This document shows positions 58,963 to 64,000 of a stretch of 64,000 bases of DNA, piece after piece. Location of the stretch: the NCBI RefSeq assembly GCF_003018255.1, contig NZ_CP027440.1; one strand, given 5' to 3'. The first letter of the stretch is position 1. Every line of letters begins with the position of its first letter. The translations under genes were made by a program, and so were the position numbers. Origin of the DNA: Escherichia coli (GTDB lineage: Bacteria > Pseudomonadota > Gammaproteobacteria > Enterobacterales > Enterobacteriaceae). Under the pieces are notes generated by a model, which worked only from the letters and a program-made list of their open reading frames with translations, was not told the DNA's origin and did not search any database.

Positions 58963-58986
58963 CGTTGTGAGTGTTTGTGTTGTTAT
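58963..58986 (-). promoter_or_regulatory. C/A-rich element in the gltI 5' UTR, the type of site bound by GcvB sRNA
   Basis: Minus-strand sequence AUAACAACACAAACACUCACAACG lies ~45-65 nt upstream of the gltI start; gltI is a documented GcvB target. Confidence 0.5.
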
Positions 58987-59374
58987 CATCTGCAACTTTA
59001 TTGTGCAGTGTTGTGCTTGTTAGGTAACATTTAGTTTGGCTAAATGTAAAGATATTGCTGTTTTATTGTTTGTTTTTGCGAGATGCGCCGCACCATTCCG
59101 AAGCAAAATTCTTAAATCGCACCTTTTTGGTGCTACCGCTGATTTGTGGTGGTGCAACCCGGTTGCGTCGCGGCTGATTTCATTGCTTACACAGTAAATA
59201 AAGCAACTTACATGCCAAAAAATACTTATAGGTGAATTAATTACGATTGTAATGTTAGGCTGAAATAGTCATATTTCGGACAGGGTTATCTTTTCGGCAT
59301 GGGACGTTTGCCGGGATGATAACTGCACACGGGAAAAATGCTTTTTACCTGTCTTTTCAAGGAAGAATCACCTT

Positions 59375-61252
59375 ATGTCTGCATCTTCGGTTAAGCCGTT
59401 AAATGTTCAATTACCCGCAATAACCCTTATCCTTTTTGCGCTCTGTGTTGGGATATTTTGTTACCTCGCACAATGGATGAGTTATGAAGAAGTCGATCAA
59501 TCCGCACTTATCCATCTCGGTGCTAACGTTGCTTCTCTCACGTTGTCGGGTGAATCCTGGCGCTTATTGAGCAGTGTCTTTCTGCACAGCAGTGTTTCTC
59601 ATTTGCTGATGAATATGTTTGCACTCCTGGTGGTGGGGGGAGCGGTGGAACGTATTCTGGGGAAATGGCGACTCCTGATTATCTTGTTATTCTCCGGCAT
59701 CTTTGGTGGGCTGATCAGCGCCTGTTATGCGTTACGCGAAAGTGAGCAGATAGTCATCAGCGTTGGGGCATCCGGGGCAATTATGGGAATAGCGGGCGCT
59801 GCGATAGCAACACAGCTTTCTTCAGGTGCGGGTACACACCATAAAAACCAGCGGCGAGTATTTTCTCTGTTGGGTATGGTGGCGCTGACACTGTTGTATG
59901 GTGCCCGGCAAGCAGGAATAGATAACGCTTGCCACATTGGCGGCCTGATTGCGGGGGGCGCGTTGGGTTGGCTGAGTGCGCGTTTAGTTGGGCAAAATCG
60001 GCTCGTTACGGAAGGCGGGATTATTGTTGCGGTCACTCTTCTTCTGACCGGGACTATCTGGTTTGTGCAGCAGCAGATTGATGAATCAGTTTTACAGGTC
60101 AGGCAAAGCCTGCGTGAAGCGTTTTATCCGCAGGAGATTGAACAAGAGCGACGACAAAAAAAGCAGCAGTTAGTGGAGGAGCGCAACGCCCTCAGGGAAA
60201 CATTATCCGCTCCGGTAAGTCGTGAGCAGGCCAGTGGTGATTTACTCGCTGAGATTGCCGATATCCATGATATGGCGATCAGTCGGGATGGTAATACGTT
60301 GTATGCCGCAATTGAAAACACCAACAGCATTGTTGTTTTCGACCTCGGACAAAAGAAAATCCTGCATACCTTTACAGCGCCCATAGCGAAAGAAAAGTCA
60401 GTCAAACATTGTGGTGGCTGTAAAGATCAGGGCGTCAGATCGCTGGCATTAAGCCTGGATGAAAAGTTGATTTATGCGACTTCATTTGAAGCGAATGCAG
60501 TATCGGTCATTAACGTGGCGACGGGGGAGATTATTCAGTCGATTACCACCGGCGCCCATCCTGACAGCCTTATCCTCTCGCGTGATGGCACAAAAGCCTG
60601 GGTGATGAATCGCACCAGTAATAGTGTGTCAGCCATTGATCTGGTGACTTATCAGCATGTGACGGATATCCCGCTGGAGAAATACGACGGGACGGGGACG
60701 AGCGGTAAACCAGGCGCCTGGGTTATGGCACTTTCCCCGGATGAAAAAACATTGTTGATACCCGGTATGGTCAGAGGCGACATTGTACGCATCAATACCA
60801 TCACGCATCAGAAAGAAGACTTTCCCACAGGTGATGCGCGTGGTATCGTTTCTGCGATGGGATTCCGACCAAAAAATGGCGAGATTATTTTTGCCGATAG
60901 CCAGGGGATTTCACGTATAAGCGTAGGGGATCAACAAGCCAGCATTATGACGCAATGGTGTAGCAGGAGCGTTTATTCCGTTGAGGGTATTAGCCCGGAC
61001 GGTCAATATTTAGCGTTGGTGTCATATGGCCTGCAAGGTTATGTCATCCTGCTCAATATTAATGCCGGGCAGATTATTGGCGTTTATCCTGCCAGCTACG
61101 TTAATCACCTTCGTTTTTCAGCGGATGGTAGAAAGATATTTGTTATGGCGAAGAACAGGTTAATCCAAATGGACAGGACGCGCTCGCTTGATCCGCAGGC
61201 AATTATTCGGCATCCCCAATATGGCGATGTGGCTTGTATCCCTGAACCGTAA
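59375..61252 (+). CDS. Rhomboid-family intramembrane serine protease (seven predicted TM segments) fused to a C-terminal ~7-bladed YVTN-type beta-propeller
   Basis: 625-aa ORF with AAGGAAG SD ~10 nt upstream; rhomboid signatures WR (62-63), H71-x4-H76-x3-N80, GASGA with Ser133 (nt 59771-59773), H187 in CHIGGLIAGG (nt 59933-59935), seventh hydrophobic segment ~211-230; charged linker, then repeated ~40-aa blade-like segments. Confidence 0.85.
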   Translation: MSASSVKPLNVQLPAITLILFALCVGIFCYLAQWMSYEEVDQSALIHLGANVASLTLSGESWRLLSSVFLHSSVSHLLMNMFALLVVGGAVERILGKWRLLIILLFSGIFGGLISACYALRESEQIVISVGASGAIMGIAGAAIATQLSSGAGTHHKNQRRVFSLLGMVALTLLYGARQAGIDNACHIGGLIAGGALGWLSARLVGQNRLVTEGGIIVAVTLLLTGTIWFVQQQIDESVLQVRQSLREAFYPQEIEQERRQKKQQLVEERNALRETLSAPVSREQASGDLLAEIADIHDMAISRDGNTLYAAIENTNSIVVFDLGQKKILHTFTAPIAKEKSVKHCGGCKDQGVRSLALSLDEKLIYATSFEANAVSVINVATGEIIQSITTGAHPDSLILSRDGTKAWVMNRTSNSVSAIDLVTYQHVTDIPLEKYDGTGTSGKPGAWVMALSPDEKTLLIPGMVRGDIVRINTITHQKEDFPTGDARGIVSAMGFRPKNGEIIFADSQGISRISVGDQQASIMTQWCSRSVYSVEGISPDGQYLALVSYGLQGYVILLNINAGQIIGVYPASYVNHLRFSADGRKIFVMAKNRLIQMDRTRSLDPQAIIRHPQYGDVACIPEP

Positions 61253-61253
61253 G

Positions 61254-61278
61254 AAAAAAGGGCATGATAATCATGCCC
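61254..61278 (-). terminator. Intrinsic terminator downstream of lnt
   Basis: GGGCATGA-taa-TCATGCCC stem followed on the minus strand by a U6 run; begins 2 nt after the rhomboid-fusion stop on the plus strand, where no T-run follows. Confidence 0.6.
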
Positions 61279-61329
61279 CACAACTCAATGAGAAAGTATG
61301 TTTTGTTCATGCCGGATACATCAGGCACA

Positions 61330-62868
61330 TTAATGTTTACGTGCTCGCAGACTCATCAGCACAGCTGCAAAACCAAACAGTGCCGTCAGCACCCACAGCG
61401 GCCAGTTGCCGGTACGTGCGTACGGTGTGAGTCCGGTAGTCGGCGTCACGTTAGTGGTTAACACCTCGCGGGTGAACTGCGGGATCATCGCCTGAATCTC
61501 ACCCTGCGGGCCAATCACCGCCGTAATGCCGTTGTTGGTGCTGCGCAACAGTGGGCGCGCCAGCTCCAGCGCACGCATTCGCGCCATCTGGAAGTGCTGC
61601 CATGGACCAATAGACTTACCAAACCACGCATCGTTGGAGATAGTCAGCAGATAGTCGGTATCCGGGCGGAAGTTATCGCGCACTTGCTCGCCGAGAATGA
61701 TTTCGTAGCAAATGGCCGCAGTAAGTTGAATGCCATTCAACGACAGCGGTGGCTGAATATATGGTCCGCGGCTGAATGAAGACATCGGCAAATCAAAGAA
61801 CGGTGCTAACGGACGCAGTATCGACTCCAGTGGGACAAACTCGCCAAACGGCACCAGATGGTTTTTGTTATAGCGATCGGCTGATTCATAGCTGTACGGT
61901 GCGCCTTTACCCAGTGTGATGATGGTGTTGTAGGTATCGTAGCGGTTCTGTTTATTGAGACGCGCGTCGACAATCCCGGTGACCAGCGAGCTCCCTTTAT
62001 CGCGCAACTCACCGTCCAGAGCTTTGAGGAACGGTTGCTGATTAATTTCCAGATCGGTTATCGCCGACTCCGGCCAGATAATCAACGATGATTTGCCCAT
62101 CAGCGGTGCCGTTGCGTTGTAGTATATCTTCAGCGTATTAAGTAGCTGGTCTCCGTCCCATTTCAGCGATTGCGGAATATCGCCCTGAACCATCGAAACC
62201 TGAATAGTTTTTTCCGGTTGCGGGGTAAACCACTGGATGTAACGCAGCGGGAAGGGAAGGGCAAACAGCACGACGGCCACCACCAGCGGACGCCAGTTGC
62301 GTTTGACCAACGCCAGTGCCAGCAGGCCGCTAACCATCATCAGCAGGAAGTTAATGGCTTCCACGCCCATTATCGGTGCCAGCCCTTTTAACGGGCCATC
62401 AATCTGGCTATAGCCGAACTGTAACCACGGGAAGCCTGTTAGTACCCAACCGCGCAGAAACTCGGTCACTTGCCAGAGAGCAGGGGCGGCAATCGCCACG
62501 CGCAGCCAGGTGGTTTTCGGCCACAGACGCGACAGCACGCCAGCAAACAGTCCGGTATACAGCGACAAATACGCCGCCAGCAGTACCACCAGGAAGATGT
62601 TAACCGGGCCAGGCATTCCGCCAAAGGTCGCGATGCTGACATAGACCCAGTTAATACCGCTGCCAAAGAGGCCAAATCCCCAGCAAAAGCCAATAGCGGC
62701 AGACTGGAGTGGACGGCGGTTAAAGGTCAACGCCTGAAGCCCCATCAGCGAAATAATCGCCGCAGGCCAGACGTCGTAAGGAGAGAAGGCCAGCGTTCCG
62801 CAGGCACCGAATAATAACGCCAGCAGCAGGCGAATGCGCTGGCGTTCAATTAATGAGGCAAAAGCCAT
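61330..62868 (-). CDS. lnt: Apolipoprotein N-acyltransferase
   Basis: 512-aa ORF, N-terminal polytopic region plus C-terminal nitrilase-like domain. Confidence 0.95.
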   Translation of the reverse strand: MAFASLIERQRIRLLLALLFGACGTLAFSPYDVWPAAIISLMGLQALTFNRRPLQSAAIGFCWGFGLFGSGINWVYVSIATFGGMPGPVNIFLVVLLAAYLSLYTGLFAGVLSRLWPKTTWLRVAIAAPALWQVTEFLRGWVLTGFPWLQFGYSQIDGPLKGLAPIMGVEAINFLLMMVSGLLALALVKRNWRPLVVAVVLFALPFPLRYIQWFTPQPEKTIQVSMVQGDIPQSLKWDGDQLLNTLKIYYNATAPLMGKSSLIIWPESAITDLEINQQPFLKALDGELRDKGSSLVTGIVDARLNKQNRYDTYNTIITLGKGAPYSYESADRYNKNHLVPFGEFVPLESILRPLAPFFDLPMSSFSRGPYIQPPLSLNGIQLTAAICYEIILGEQVRDNFRPDTDYLLTISNDAWFGKSIGPWQHFQMARMRALELARPLLRSTNNGITAVIGPQGEIQAMIPQFTREVLTTNVTPTTGLTPYARTGNWPLWVLTALFGFAAVLMSLRARKH

Positions 62869-62892
62869 GTAGTTATCTATCCAGTTTCGGTT

Positions 62893-63771
62893 TTATTCAT
62901 CCAGCTTCGGCTGGGGTGAGTCATCCGGGATTTTGACATGAACCTGAATAATACGCCGACTGTCGGCCATCGCCACTTTGAACTGGTAACCGTCGATGTC
63001 GATGGTTTCGCCACGCGCCGGAAGATGCCCAAATGCCTGCATCACCAGACCACCGATAGTGTCAACCTCTTCATCGCTAAAGTGGGTGCCGAACGCTTCG
63101 TTGAAGTCTTCAATAGAAGCCAGTGCGCGCACGGTCCAGGTATGACGACTCAGCTGACGGAAGTCGATATCATCTTCTTCGTCATACTCGTCTTCAATCT
63201 CACCAACAATCAGTTCCAGGATGTCTTCAATGGTCACCAGACCGGAAACCCCACCGAATTCGTCAATGACGATCGCCATGTGGTAACGCTGAGAGCGAAA
63301 CTCTTTCAGCATCCGGTCTACGCGCTTACTTTCAGGAACGACAACCGCCTGACGTAACACTTTGTCCATGCTGAAGGCTTCAGCATCGCTGCGCATAAAC
63401 GGCAGCAAGTCTTTCGCCATCAGAATCCCTTCAATGTGATCTTTGTCTTCGCTAATCACCGGGAAACGTGAGTGGGCGGACTCGATGATGACATCAAGGC
63501 ATTCGTCCAGCGTCTGGTTGCGTTTCAGGGTAATCATCTGGGAGCGGGGGATCATGATGTCGCGAACGCGTTGGTCTGCGATGTCCATCACCCCTTCGAG
63601 CATATCGCGCGTATCTTCGTCGATAAGGTCGTTCTGCCCGGAATCACGGATCAGCGCCAGCAGTTCGTCACGGTTTTTCGGTTCACCGTGGAAAAGTTGG
63701 CTGAGTAACAGGGAGAAAAATCCCTTCTTGTTGCTTATCGTGTCACTACTGTGTGAATTGTCGTCGCTCAT
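62893..63771 (-). CDS. corC: CBS-domain Mg/Co efflux-associated protein
   Basis: 292-aa ORF downstream of ybeY; also called ybeX. Confidence 0.94.
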   Translation of the reverse strand: MSDDNSHSSDTISNKKGFFSLLLSQLFHGEPKNRDELLALIRDSGQNDLIDEDTRDMLEGVMDIADQRVRDIMIPRSQMITLKRNQTLDECLDVIIESAHSRFPVISEDKDHIEGILMAKDLLPFMRSDAEAFSMDKVLRQAVVVPESKRVDRMLKEFRSQRYHMAIVIDEFGGVSGLVTIEDILELIVGEIEDEYDEEDDIDFRQLSRHTWTVRALASIEDFNEAFGTHFSDEEVDTIGGLVMQAFGHLPARGETIDIDGYQFKVAMADSRRIIQVHVKIPDDSPQPKLDE

Positions 63772-63860
63772 GGCGTCGTATGGGTTCTCATGTTAGTTAA
63801 TCAAAACGCCGTCGTTAATCACCAACGGCGGGGACGTCTGCCAGTCAAATGCCTGGCAAA

Positions 63861-64000
63861 TTATTCTTTCTCGGCAATGTACGGATCCTCATAGCCCAGA
63901 GCAAGCATAATCTCTGTTTCGATGGCTTCCATTTCTTCTGCTTCGTCATCTTCGATGTGATCGTAACCTAACAAATGCAGACTGCCGTGCACCACCATAT
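63861..64000 (-). CDS. ybeY: Endoribonuclease YbeY, 3' portion only; start lies beyond the window end
   Basis: Minus-strand frame open to the window edge; C-terminus ...[38 protein letters not shown] with metal-binding HxxGYDH motif. Confidence 0.88.
   Translation of the reverse strand, partial: MVVHGSLHLLGYDHIEDDEAEEMEAIETEIMLALGYEDPYIAEKE

Noticed and set aside
58921-58995. N-terminal extension of gltI (track ORF 327 aa starting MQMITTQTL...)
   Set aside because: The extension translates the C/A-rich 5' UTR and removes the signal peptide from the N-terminus; the downstream ATG at 58920 gives a canonical signal peptide.
59725-60036. 103-aa minus-strand ORF inside the rhomboid-fusion gene
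   Set aside because: It is embedded antisense within the region encoding the conserved rhomboid TM4-TM6 catalytic core, so it is a shadow ORF.
63772-63860. Short GC stem (CGCCG / CGGCG) in the ybeY-corC spacer
   Set aside because: Only 5 bp with no flanking U-run; ybeY and corC are co-directional and probably co-transcribed.

Overview
This window reads as a contiguous stretch of an Escherichia coli chromosome, running from the 3' end of fepE through the enterobactin ent/fep cluster, cstA, ahpCF, the citrate-lyase locus, lipA/lipB, mrdAB, leuS and gltIJKL to lnt, corC and the 3' end of ybeY. Gene identities rest on the six-frame ORF track plus my recall of E. coli K-12 proteins; no database search was run, and start codons were trimmed where the track ORF extends upstream of the start I remember. 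Coordinates of non-coding features were counted by hand from flanking ORF boundaries and may be off by 1-2 nt. No rRNA, tRNA, CRISPR array, transposase or integrase was recognised. Gene content differs from the K-12 order as I remember it in five places: (1) an extra 625-aa rhomboid protease fused to a beta-propeller between gltI and lnt, the most interesting candidate; (2) ybeF (LysR-type) is frameshifted and 3'-truncated; (3) ybdR is absent between uspG and rnk, where a 29-aa hydrophobic ORF sits instead; (4) ybeL abuts rihA with no ybeQ-hscC segment; (5) ybeM is intact. The AT-rich ybdM-ybdN-ybdO islet (ParB-like nuclease-domain protein, PP-loop enzyme, LysR regulator) is a second under-characterised module.
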